A stretch of 64,000 nt of DNA from Phallusia mammillata (lineage: Eukaryota), in the NCBI GenBank assembly GCA_965637545.1, contig OZ281497.1, positions 17,732,001 through 17,796,000 of the forward strand. The letters are read 5' to 3'. Below are positions 13,829 to 27,400 of the stretch, in pieces (the stretch's first letter is position 1; each line of letters opens with the position of its first letter). The translations under genes were made by a program, and so were the position numbers. A model generated the notes under the pieces. The model did no database searches and had not been told where the DNA came from. It saw only the letters and a program-made list of their open reading frames with translations.

Positions 13829-15499
13829 CTCTAGAAAGCCTATTTTAGCCTATATGTGTGTAACCCAGGGGGGTTCAAAAAAGAGAATGTAGGGCTAAGG
13901 AGATTCAACGCATTTACGTGGTCTCACAAAGCGCAAAAGCCCTTGTCTTACAACAGGGGTGTCCAAAGTGCGGCCCGTGGACCAAAGCGCAGGCTATGAC
14001 CCGCTATAATTTGAATTAAGATTTCGGGTTGTTGCGACTTCACGCAAAAGCATTTTTACGGAACTTAGTTTACCGGTAAAAAGAAAGAATACATGGTGCT
14101 GATTGCTGACGCAACAAAATTAAATGCCGTTCTTTTTTGTGTTAGAAAAGTCCGGTTTAAACCTTTGCAAAAAAACGTTGGCCCACGGGCGTCTTCACCT
14201 GATAAAAATTGAAATTTGATGATTGGCGTAGGTGGGTACTGCAACCGATTCGATGATTGTATGCAAAAAGTGTACGCAGGCCGCACACAAGCTAATCGAC
14301 GATTTTAAGCACGAAATACAAAAGTACATACCTTTTGGTTTACATGACTATATCTCTGGTAAAAATATCGGTTTCTTTCGCATAGTCTAACGCTCCTGTT
14401 TTGGCCGTTAGCCAACATATGTAGCGTTGCTGGTCGATTACCCCAGGCATTTAGCCTACATAAAATCACCCATAAAAGATGTCTCGCATAAACCACCGTT
14501 TTTTTTTTACAAAAACGCTTCTTGACACAAAAATTAATAAAAAATTAAATAAACACAAAAACAATTGTGTCGGCTATAAGCAATTTATTAAGGGATTGAA
14601 CTCGCGGTAGAAAAAAATCAAATGACTGACAAACAGAGACACAATTGCATATCCCTGTTCCTATGCCCTGTTTCCGTCCAAATATCAACAAGGGTTTCAC
14701 AGGATTTCACTCGGATGGCGTTAGCGGTCCGTGGCGAAAATTGTTATGATTGCTCACTCGCCATTGGCTGGCGGGTTTAAAGGCCACTTTTTCTCTTCCA
14801 CCATTGTTCGGCATCTGTCGACGAGACGGGGGTGATTGTTGCGTGTTGCGAGCGTATAATGCGCCGTCTTCGTAATAGAGATGTTGTGTGTCAGTTGTTT
14901 TCAGTACGACTGCAAGTCTGCAACAGGCTAGCGCTGCTGCTGCGAAATGGTCTTTAGCTGTTTGGTTCGAAAAGTTACATTGTTCGTTTGTTGTTACACT
15001 TTCCAGTCTGAACCTTTGCCGCCAAACAGAAAAAGTAGATGTGACAAAATACTTTGCTTCAAAAAGTGTGCTTATAAGGGAAAGGGACCATAAAGGATCA
15101 TAAGTGTTCAGTGCTGCTAATACAAACTATAATTTACATAATTTAGTCAGCTGGAAGGTTTTGTCAGATAAAGTCAGAACAATTCAGATGTTTAGTGATT
15201 AAGTTGAGGATTAAGCTATATCTAAACTATAACTATATCTTTAGTGCAAATAGAAACACGGATTTAGTTATTTGACTGTTGTTCTTGAATCATGTATGGT
15301 GAAAACCTTTAATATTGTGGTAAATCGGAGCAAACTAACACCTAATACAAATTTGACAGAATTGCTTTGAACCACTGTGTGATCTGGTTATGGTTATAAT
15401 ATAGTTTGATAAACAAATCTATCTTTGGGTACAACTACTATAAAGTAGAGAGTTCAAAGGTCCCTACACTGTATATAGCATCTCCTGTTGGATGCAGAA

Positions 15500-18400
15500 A
15501 TGGAATATGGGACTTTTCAAATACTTTGGATAGCATTGAGTATGTTGGTGCTTGCAACAAAACCTACATATGTATCTTCACTAGCTTTAGGTAAGTTTCG
15601 TTTTTTAGTGTTTTGTTGTATCATTGTAGTTTGCAAGTTTTTTTCATTTTAGTGTGTTTTAATTTTCTGAATAAGCATCTTAAAAAGTCAATAAAGTCTT
15701 TGTGTAGTGTTGAGGTATTTGTTGTACAATTAAAAACTTGCAAACATGCATTCATTGTTAGAAACAATGCTCTGCACTTAGTAAGTTTATTGGTGTGGGA
15801 ATCTCACTCCCTCAAAGTGTTCTAAATTCCCCTCAACTGAACAGATTGCGCTAAGACAATGCAGCTGAATCGCGCAGTGTCCACGCGTGTCAGTACATTT
15901 GCGGCAGGGGGATTAGCTCCTCACATGAAAGGGTTTCCCGACTTATCGCTAATTGTGTGCCGCAAATTCAAAAGAAAAGTGCCCCCATTTGTGGAAAACG
16001 CCCAGTTATTCTTGTTGCCGCTGTTTGAACAACTGTAACCCTGCGCGGTCTCTGACACTTCTACATGAACGAAACGATTTGGTTCGCAAACACCGGATGT
16101 ATTCGCCTACACATTGGCTTCCTATTGATCGGATCAATAGATGTTATTTGGGGTTGAATAGTTTTCGTAGATAACGAAATTTTTACACAAATTTTGACAG
16201 AAAATCTGTCCATTGCCCCGTTAGACGACAACGTTGCGTTAGCTATTTGATTTGCAACTTCTACCATGACTGTTTTAATTTATGCTTCCACATGAGTGGA
16301 ACTGTTTTCTAAAGCTGCAAGATGTTATGCTATTGAGGCATAGCACCACGTTAAAAACGATTAAAGCCAATTCAAAACAAACATATCAAGACAAGTGTCT
16401 GTTTGCCAAACAGAACAACGCAATCGGAGAAGACGTTTATTTTGGTTAGGCGACGATCTAACGACCACTAAGTAGTTGAGGGGATAATATTGTTGCCGAT
16501 TGACTGTAACGTCGCACTTAATGGCCAATCGAATACGTTTGTTTTGGACGCTTGTTTCTCTTCTGCGTGGCGATGCCTCCGGGGGCAACGAAAGCGTTAC
16601 TGTCGGTAACTACGTTGCGCGACTGCCTGAAAAGATAGACCCAACTGGCCTGTCATTAAATCGGCATGGAAAGGCGTATTTGGTTACAAGCAGCAACGCT
16701 TGATAACAGGCTTCTATTCACCCCACCCACTTTTAAACAACTCACTGGCATTTTATTCACAAAGCGTTACAACGTACTGTTGTAACTTTGTTTTCTTCTC
16801 TGTGCTATTTGGGTTCCTTCTGCCTGTTTGCTCAGGGGCTCCTCCACATTAACATATGGGCCCTTAAGAACCCTTCAGTCATCTTAATGCTCCAAGTCTG
16901 ACCTAAATACTAGATGTCCATGGCAGTTCTGTATTAATGTCTTCACTTAAACGAATATAGAAATGCTATTTCAGTAATTTTGTCAATTGTTGCTAACCGT
17001 GTAGTGTTCAATATGTTAGCAATGTATTAACAATTTTATGGAAAGATACAACAGAAATATACATAAAAGCTTTCCTACAAAACACTGAATGTATCAGCAT
17101 TTACTTTTTTCCTGCTTACATTGTACATTTGCTCTATTCTTTTAGGCTCATGTGAATTTGAAGGTCAGGACCCTCTCTGCAGTTATCAACAGAGCACTGA
17201 AGATAACTTTGACTGGCAACTTCAAGATGATGGAAAAGGAGGTGGCTTTATGCAAGTGCAAACTCATTTACACAGAGTGGGACAAACTGCCAAGCTTACA
17301 AGTCCCGAGATAAACCAGCAGGTCCTAAACATACCTTGTTAAAAATATAATGTAATATCAGTACTCATTGATATGTTTTTGCTTTTTGTTAAGCTGAGAA
17401 AATAAACTAGTTTGAATGTGTAACAGCTCCACCAATAATGTAAATCATTCTCATTGAAGTTAAAATTGCTGACTTGTGGATTGTTATTGTTCAAAGGGCA
17501 CTCACTGCTTTTCCTTCAATTTTACCAACAAAGCCATTGGCGTGCCGAGCAGCAACAATGGCACTTCAGGTTCAACTGGCCCGCCAGGAAAACTCAATGT
17601 GTATGTGCTTGATGAAACAAACAGCATTGAAAAGCACCCAGTTTGGAGCAGCCCTGACAAAGAATATTCAAGCTGGCAGCCAGTTTTCCTGGCTCTTAAT
17701 CCACAGGGGTACCAGGTGATTCTTCTGTGCTTACCAGCTCTTTTACAAATTTACCCCATGAATTATTAATATTATGCACTTCATGAGATCATATTAGACA
17801 TGCTTGGTGCGAAATATTACTTGTTATGCAGTTTTTCTATTTAATTTACAAGTTATACTAACAATATATATGCTTTACAGGTACAATTTGAAGCACTTGT
17901 AATGGCATCTCGACCTGGGGAAATTCAACTTGATGATATCATGGTCAAATCATCAGCGTGTGGTAAGAAGCCTTTCGTGAAATTATGCAGTTTTGGTAGT
18001 TGTCAATGCTAAAAAATACTTCCAAATCTTTTAGAGTCTGCACCACACTTTCTTCGGTTTGGCAATAAGGAAGTTAATGCTGGACAAAACCAGACCCTTC
18101 AGTGTTTATTGTGGGGTTATCCAAGTCCTGATACCCAAGTTCTTTTACAAAAGTCAACCGGTGAAGTTTATCAATCTACTTCGGTGCAGGAGTATGATGA
18201 CCACCTTGGTGTGATTTTTAGGTAAGTGAATTATTTTCGGTTTTACTTGTATAGGCATTATAAAACTTTACACATTTTGTTTTGTAGCTTTATGAATGTG
18301 GCACTTAATGATGCTGGCTACTACAGGTGTGTTTCGGGGAATGCTACAAGTGTGGGCGTATCAAATTTTGGTTCTCTAAGTGTAAAAGGTATGTTATTAA

Positions 18401-21400
18401 ACTATTACACAATAGCTGGTGATGTTTTTTCATCAGGTTCGTTTGACATAATGCTTTGGTCTCAGACACCATCAACGATTTTCTTTGTTTAAGCCACAAT
18501 GCTGTGTACTGTGATACCCTGGCATTGTTTTTCATTGTGACATAGCTTCTTTCAATCTAATGTGAAGATGTTGTCGGTTAAAATGGTTTCCGGCATGAAT
18601 TCTGCTACATATATTACCATATTGTTTTTACTGTATATAACGTATTATGTTTTTTTGTAGTTCCACCAATACCCAGACGTGGACCAAAAGTTGAGGAGCC
18701 GGGAGCGACCAGCTTCAAAATAACACTTAATGCTGATAAATTTATCGGAGATGGCCCAATTGCTCAAAAAGTTCTACACTACAGACCAGTAAATGGTGAC
18801 TGGTCAGGTCAGTTGCTTAAATATACATGTTATTTTTTGTGATGAAAAAAATAAACCAAACAATCATGCTGTTAACTATGTTTTCTTGCTATGTTGGAGC
18901 AGCCAGTTCTGGTAAGTTGGTGTATTCAGCTCAAGCAAATTCACACTCACTGCTTTGTTTATTTGTTTTGTCACCAAGTTGCAAAGTCACTCCACTAAGC
19001 ATGTGTTAACTGTAAACAATTGTTCAGTTTTAGAAACACGTTTATTTACACTTGAAAAATAGTTGTGAAGTAGCTTTATTTTGTAATGTGTGTCTTTGTA
19101 TGTGTGCCAGATTTAGTTTGTTTATAACAATCAGTGTCAATTTAATTTTGAGTATATTTTATGTTTTAAACATTAACACTGAAGTCCAGGTTGGAAATCT
19201 TGTACTTAATCAAAACGTGAAAATCTTTGTTAAATTGGCCTTAAGGGAACCTTTGTGAACGCGCACGATGCTTGGCCCGTATGTAATCATTGTGCAATGT
19301 TTACACAGTCAAAGAGCGACTGGCTTATGTAGGGAGATTGGGAAAAGGCCAATGAGGGACATTCAAGCACTATGTACAGAGTATAACATTATTACAATTC
19401 TACTTAAGAATGGTCGCCAATTTGCAGAGACATTTCTTTCAGCCATGACACTTTTAGCATAAAAATGTGGTTCTAGTTTTCTATTAGCAACCTTAATCAG
19501 CTTATTACGTCTTTCCACGCCCTCTTAACCCGTGTGTTTTACCGCACATTTTTGCTTGTCTGATGAGTTACATACGCATCCCAGAACTTTGGTGTGCCAT
19601 CGAATGAATACGTAATTAAATATGTACACTTGATCGCTAGCTCTTAAACCTTTATTACTTAAGCTTTAGGCAACATGACGCACCTCGTTCTTTGTTTAAA
19701 CGAGTAAATTTCACATGCGTTTTTATAGGTGAGCCATAACTCACTAGGCCAGGTAGTCTGAAAAATTACCACTTTGAGCAAAGTTTAATGTTTTGCACGC
19801 CAGTGAGAATGGTGCCACTGTGAAAAAGACAGACAATTCTAAATTTGTCTTTCAGTCCTTAGTTTAACTACTTCCAGCAGTAATACGTACAGGTCAACCG
19901 CCCACTCGTTTTCCAAACTGTTACAGTGTCATCGGCTGTGTACAAACACGTTTTCGCTTAAACCAATATTGACTCTCTGTCTTTGCCACACAGACGTCCA
20001 TCACATTACGGAGGACGTATACGAATTGTGGCATCTTCAGCCAGACACAAGTTACCAGCTTTCGGTGACCTTAGTACGGGCTGGGCCAGGAGGCGATGGA
20101 CCGGCTGGACCTAAAACCATCAGCAAAACAAAATGCGGACCGCCGGTTCGGTCGGTTACTGGTGTGAAGTTCGAACGACTTGGATCCGACAAAATTCGCG
20201 TCAAATGGACTGTAAGTCGTGGTTTTATTAATTAAGAAGATTTTTTCCAACGTTTTTTCCCTGAAATCCTAGGTACCAGATATAAGTGTAACACAATGTC
20301 GCCGTTTTTCATACGTGGTCAAATACCGAAAATGGCCGGACAACGACACAGAATCAACTGACCAACAGGCCGAATATGACACCATCCCTGTAGAGGTCAG
20401 TATACCAGACCCACCTCGGGTTGCCAGATTGATTGTAAATGATTTCAAGTTTGCATTTGTTACTGTCATCGCTCATGTGGAATGATGTACTGGGCTACGA
20501 ATGTGTTTTTAAAACAGGCGTAAGCAGGGTATAGCAATTTTTGTACCAGCCGCAAATGAATATGTAAACGAGAACACTTTCACTTCCTCTTTCAGTAACA
20601 TAAAAACTCCCATGAGGCCAGGTCATAAAAAATATTTCTATATGATTGTCATGTTAATACCCTTGCCACCGCAAAATTCAATTCCCCACTGGTTTAAACA
20701 TTGTAATGGAAATACGTGGCAAATATGTCGAAAATGATGGCAATAAAATGTAGGGCAACTTCCTTGGGCTATTTTCTGCCCCACATTGAGCTAAGATATT
20801 TTGTGCTGGTTTTTACCACCAGTGTAACCATTTATTTGTATTATTGTAATAGAATCGTAATGTGGCAATGCTTCGTGGCCTTGACCCCTACACAATGTAT
20901 GGCATCAAAGTGGAATTAAGCAACATCATCGCCTCACAGGAAACAGGCGAATGGACGGTTCAAACATTGGAAGGAGGTAAGAGTCCTTACATGCTCAAGT
21001 CCCACCTGCGTCTGCTGCTGTACAACGGTTCCATTCATAAAACGACATGCTTGGAATCGCAACAAAGGCTTACGCGTATTACCGCACTGTGTGTATTCTA
21101 TTGGGTCTCAGATCCTATGAATGGATTAACGGTGTTTGGTTGTTAGGCTTTTATGTGAAGACAGGTTTTGTTGCTTTGGAGTGCTTGTAGACTTCAAATG
21201 ATGTATAACTGTGTTTCACTATTACCTTATTACTTCCCAACACTTTTGTAATTGAACTAACTGGGAGGTCTAATTTAAGTTGTTTTAGTACCACTTTTAG
21301 TACGGTTTTACGATTTTAAACTGTTTTTTTTTGTCATGTAGTGCCCGGCCCAGTACCCCAGGATTCGTTTCATATTGTCCACTTCAACGAAACAACTGTC

Positions 21401-24400
21401 ACATTGGTTTGGGATGAGCCGCTCTCACCGAATGGAAAACTACGCAACTATAACGTAAGTCATACATTGTGTATCTGTCCAAAGGAGTTTTTTAAGAGTA
21501 TTGTTGGCATAGACGGAGCTATTTACAGAAGTCATATCTTATGGTTTACTAAACCATGTAGCGTAAATCTCATGAAGTATTTTTTGTTTAACCTATTGAG
21601 GGTCAAATTGTCACAAGGTTATGTTTGCGCACACCTGTTTTGTCAAGCTTTAGGTCACAGAAAACCTCAGACTTTAGCTATTTTGATTTACCCATGATAA
21701 GTGGTATCTCATCATCGAACTCATTGAAGGATTTTAGGTGTCTAATAACATTTGATGGTAAACTTCACGCATCGCTCACCAAAACCACAATTTGTGTCGA
21801 TTGCGTTTATTTGGTTTCCTTTTCTTCTACACCTGTTATCAACACACCAACCAAAGTCGATCCTTCAACTCTAGCTCTGTTTGTTAACAATTTAGCTTGA
21901 ACCCTCAGACACTGCACATGTTCGGTATGCGCTTGGCAGACTGACCAACTTTTAAGTAAATCATCCAAATTACGCAGGCGCCGAATTAGCATAATTGACC
22001 ACTAGGTGAAACAGAAGGCCCACTGTTCGGGCAGTGCTGAAGTTTGCCAGTTAGCCCATCCCATACACCTACGCAAATCGGTAGAGTTGATTTGCCAATT
22101 TCTTTACAATCCATTTTAGCTTGACCGACTGTAAGAGTTAGTATGTTTTATTATGTCAAGCTATTTCTTGTACTAATGTATTAAAACTGTGTAGGGATCT
22201 GAAAAGTGATTTTTTAGGGACATGACTAAAATTCGAATAGTTGGTGCTACGACAAAACAAGGACCAAACACCAAATGCGAGTCTCCAAGTAGGCCCATAT
22301 AGCTTACAATCTGCTACGCGGAGTGCGCGCTCCGTATTGACAATAAAGCCGCCGTTTCACTGTCAGGCTGTCAAATTTAAGACTCCAGCCAGGACGCTGT
22401 GACTTCTTTGGTTAATGATAAACTACTTCTCTCGTTCGACATCAAAGCCTTCTCTATTGGGCGCACTTCCGTCTCCAATTTACAGGTTGCGGTTTAATAT
22501 TGTTCTCCTATCGCCTCATTTCGCTGCGCAGTCGCTTTGTTGGCCATTGGTTTTGTTGGGCGAGGTGTGAAAGCGCTTTATTGCGATTTTTGCTTGAGGA
22601 AATTCGCTCGGCAATTAATTGAGTACATAATATTCAATACCTTTTATGGTTCAATTCTGGACGATTTTAATCGAATGATGAGGGTCCACCGAACGTGCCT
22701 CTGTATAATTTGCCTCAACAAGACCACAGACTCCCTTGTAAGGCTCAATTAAAACATTCCAAGGTTGTCCCACATTCGAACAAATCACCACACACGGCTG
22801 GACTTTGTTAGCAATGTAGGCTTTGAGGTGTTGGAATGTCGATAGTAAACATCACCTACTAGTTTTCCTGACGTTTTTCTGTGTAGTGGAACATGCTGTG
22901 GTCGTGTCACACTCTCATGACACTGCGGTATTCGCCTGCTATTAGGGTTTTTACATGATCTTTTTTAGCACTTTTACTGGTTCTTAGTTACTGTCATATT
23001 TCAAATGTTGTGACAACATTTACATTACGATGTTAAAAACTCATGATGACTAAAATTACTTGTATTTACATTAAATACATCGCACAATAAGGTTCATGTT
23101 AAAAACTTAATTTGATTGACAGATGCAACGTGTTTTAATCAGCAAAACTTTAAACATTATGCGGTATAGCTTCAGTTTTGCGTACATCACATACATTACA
23201 CAAAAACTCCTAGGTTGCATGGTTTTAAATAATTTGCGTTTTCCTTCAGGTTCTGTACAAGGCAGTTCGCTCCAGCGACCCGCAAATGTCCATCGAAAAT
23301 GAAACTGGATTTCGGGAGGTCGAGGTGTCTGGACGCCGCGTGACCCTCGCACTGGCACCTGGAACCGACTACATATTTCAGGTCCGCGCCAAGACGTCAG
23401 CCGGTACTGGCCCCTCAACTGAAATTACTGGTTCTACATCGATTGCACGTGAGTATCTGTTTGTTAAATACACAGGTTGTCATGTTACAGCGTACTTCAT
23501 GTGCCTGTTTAAAGTTCATCATTTGTAATTCTTTAAATAAATGAAGTTTAAAACTCGTATGGTAACTGGTAAGTTGGTTGTTCCATTGTATGTGTATAGC
23601 GATTAACTTGATCCGTTGGCAAAATGTACAAGTCGATGTTTACGAATACACCTTATGTGCGCAAACATCTCGGCTTGTTATGATCGCACACGTTGCACTT
23701 TTCAGCCTGAGCACGTTTGCCTTAAAAACATGAACCCACCTAATCGCTCGCTTTGTCCGTTATCGAGAACCGCATAGCTTCAGGGCAGCGTCGTAGTGCG
23801 CATCTTTTAAACCGGGAATGCGCAGCAAATCTTGTGTGAGCGTGCATGGTTTAAATGCCTTCGCACTCGGCCCGGCCTCTATAAACTGTTTTGTCATGGA
23901 AGCAAGTGAAGCGTGAAGCCCAGTTGATTCACCTAACCGCACTCTGACCCAACAGAGTTTTTTCTGTGTTGTAAATAGCGCGATTTTGTTATCGTGTGCA
24001 AATGATTGAATTTAGCTTTAGGCCTGCCATTGTTGTTTAACGTTTTTTAAAAACTCAGCTTCGGCTTTCGAAAATGTTTGTTTAGCGTCAAACAATACGA
24101 TGTACTGAGAACCAAAATCCGATGCGTCGTTCAAAAATAGCAAATTTAAGGCTTGTCTGTGGTTTTTAAACCATTTTTAAACACACATAGTACACACTGC
24201 ACGTTTTATCACCTTTAAATGGAGCATCTTGATTACCATTGGCGCTCGTGTATCTACCAACTATATCATGGGCTTCGGGTGACTTGCTATGACTGGCATG
24301 CCTGACCTCTGCGTGGAAATTCTGCACCTATTGCCTTGTATATGTGATCCCGCGATACTTTGGCAGCACGACCATTGGAAAAATCGCTCGTGTGAAATTC

Positions 24401-27400
24401 GGCAGCAGGATCAAGTAGCTGCGATTCACGTCGCAAAACGATACTAGCTGTCGGTTTCCGGGCTTGCGACGAAGTGAGCGTGGTTTGCCCAGCCACTTGC
24501 GATAAGCGCCATGCATGGTTGAATGCGAACTATCTGTCAAGGGTTGCGGCAAGTAAAGACCGTTTGGTGTTAAAGGACATGCCCCAATTTTGGAATATAG
24601 CTTTGTTTAACCATTGATTGACTGCGCATTTACGGCAGAACTGTACTACATCCCCTAAAAAACATTTAAAGGATACATTTCAGTTTTGTGTTTTTTGAAA
24701 CAATCAGGCCTTGTTTTTAAAGTAAAAACACACTCCTAAATTTGAGTTTAGTTTTACGATTGGTAGCATCGGTTGTGGCTGTAATGTATTGGGAGATAGT
24801 CTACACCACGTGAACAACACGAGGGTGGGGCTGCAACGACGCTTGCCCCCCTTTCTTGCACGCCACGCGGTCCGACGAACACGACTTATCACACACAAAC
24901 GCCACTGTTTATTTTGGAAATCCACGGTCGACTGAACCCGGCTCGTCGCCCTGTGTTCCCTATTCACATTTTGCCACGGGCGCATGCCTTATTGCTGTTC
25001 GCGCCCTTTGTTTGCATTTGACTGTTTGGGTCAAGGCCGCCATGTTTGACTTGGGCACTGGGTCAATTCCACGCTCTGACAATACATCGGCCGTAGCGCC
25101 GCAAAGTAACATGTAAGTGATGTTGCCGCCTCACTCAATATACGTTCAGGCTTTGTTTTCCCGATGACCCGAAATAATTTTGGCGCATCGAACGTGGGCT
25201 GTGAATTGTGTCACGCTTATTGTGTTTTTAACGCGGCATGGCCTATGACCTTTCAGTGTCGCAATATTGCGTGTACATAGATCCGAATACAATGTTTTTC
25301 CTTAACCCTTGTCCTATGCTTTGCTCTGTTGCTAGGCTTTCCCGCATTTCATGTTCGTTCAGCATAACGGCTTCGACAACAGACGTTTTCATTAGTCGTA
25401 CAAAGTACATCGGCGTTTCCCCCCTAGCAATTCAATCATAGGGTTTTATACCATATCGCCTTATCCCTTTCAAAAGTAATCCCTGGCTCACGACAATTAA
25501 GGGCAATTCTCATAATCGCCGAAAGCGTGTGACCTAATGGGCAATTTTGTGGATGGCAGCTCAACAACACATAACACTATTATCCACGCTTAAGGAAGCC
25601 AATTTTCCGCATTAATATCCTTATTTTTATTCCCGCAGCACCAACCATGCCGCAATACCCACCCCAGACTGCCAACTCCACCGTGACCACTCCGACCACC
25701 ATAGAAATCCTACTCATCCCAGCCGAGGGCAATGGCGCCCCCGTATCCAATTATTACATCATAGTTGAGGACGTTACACCAGGGGTGAGTTGTCAATGGT
25801 TGTTGTGTTTTGTGTTGGCTGGTGGACATGGTGTATCTTTTCATGTTGATGTGTTAATCAGGAAACGTGCGGTAACGCCTGTGTTTATTTTCGCAATGCA
25901 GGCACTTGTGGCAGGCGGCAAGAAGACTCGTTCAGCGGCCAAACGAAACACAGGCAAAGGTAAAAGTTGCAAACAATTCACTTTACTTTATACTGTGGAA
26001 ATTGACTACAAACAACAAACCGCTATGGACAGCCGCTATTTATTAAGGCGAAATATATATTTCTGTTATTAGAAGAAACGATTTATGCTTTTTATCTGTT
26101 TTTATGAAACAGTCCAATGTTATCCTGATCAGAAGCAAGAATCTTTCTCTTTTTTTATACATTTTATTGTCTGCGGGAGATTCGTTTAATAACAAAACTG
26201 TTTCAGCTATGGACAGCTGTTGATACTGTGTTCTAGCTTAAACGGTCTTTTGTTGATTGCAGGCAAACGTCGCCGAAAGAACAGAAACCGGAACAGGCGG
26301 GACGTTGTCAAGGCAATAGTGGATGTATTGGTTCGCCGCAGACGCCAGGCTGTGGTTAACGTGGCAGATGACAAACCCAAGGCGTGTTTCGCTGACCCTG
26401 TGTCGTTCGACGATGCGAAAAAGAATAACGCTTCGTCATATGCTGGCGCCAGGTTCTCGCCAGATCAAGTCACTCAGGTAACATAGGTTTCCATTGGGCA
26501 CACTGGGATTTGGTTGAATTGTCTTTGGCACTAAGTGTACATTGACGCACAAAAATTAACCTTGAGTCCTCTTGTTAGTTTCCATCTCATTTTCCATTCA
26601 TTTCCAGTTAGGAGACTTAAAATGGTGTACAATACTGTTAATCCTCAAATCAGTTGCCTGTGTTTTACTGACTTTTGCCAACCTGTATCTGCTTGTAGGA
26701 GATGAAATTCGTCGTTGGTGACAATCAGGTTCACAACGGTTTTTCGAACCCACCCCTAGACCCGAACCGGGATTATAATATTTACATCAGGGCAGAGAGC
26801 AAAGTGGGCAACGAAACCAAAGTCAGCTGTGTATTGGCCGCTACCAAAGGTAAATCTCCTTCATAGCTCTTTATAAAACTACCAAAAAGTATATGTATGT
26901 ATTTCTATGTATATCTTAGATGGAAGTTTAATGAGGAACGTTATTGCCGAAAGGTTTTAATATTAAAGCATGTCGCTTTTAAAGTTTATTTGAGCCATTA
27001 TTTTTCTCATTAAACTTATGAACAAAACCATGTATAGTGTTCTTAGAAGTAAAATATTTAAAGGCAAGTATCCGATTATCTTATAGCTTCCCAACCTCCC
27101 CCAACCACCCCTGCCCCCGGTACAGCAACCCCAGCTGATGGGGACTCATCAATGGACCCAACTGACCCCAACAATAATGAGGTCATTGTTGTTTCCGGCG
27201 GAGGTGAACCTGGTGAAAGGAATGGTGAAGATCAGGATGTAATGTTGTTTGCAGCGATTGGAGGAGCTGCTGTCGGACTTCTTATCATATCTATTGCCAT
27301 TGTTCTTGTCATTTTGAAGTACAAGAGGTATGAATAGGTTGGGTTAAACTTTGTTTAGTACCAATTCAACGTGATTACTAGCCCCACAAAACACTTATTG

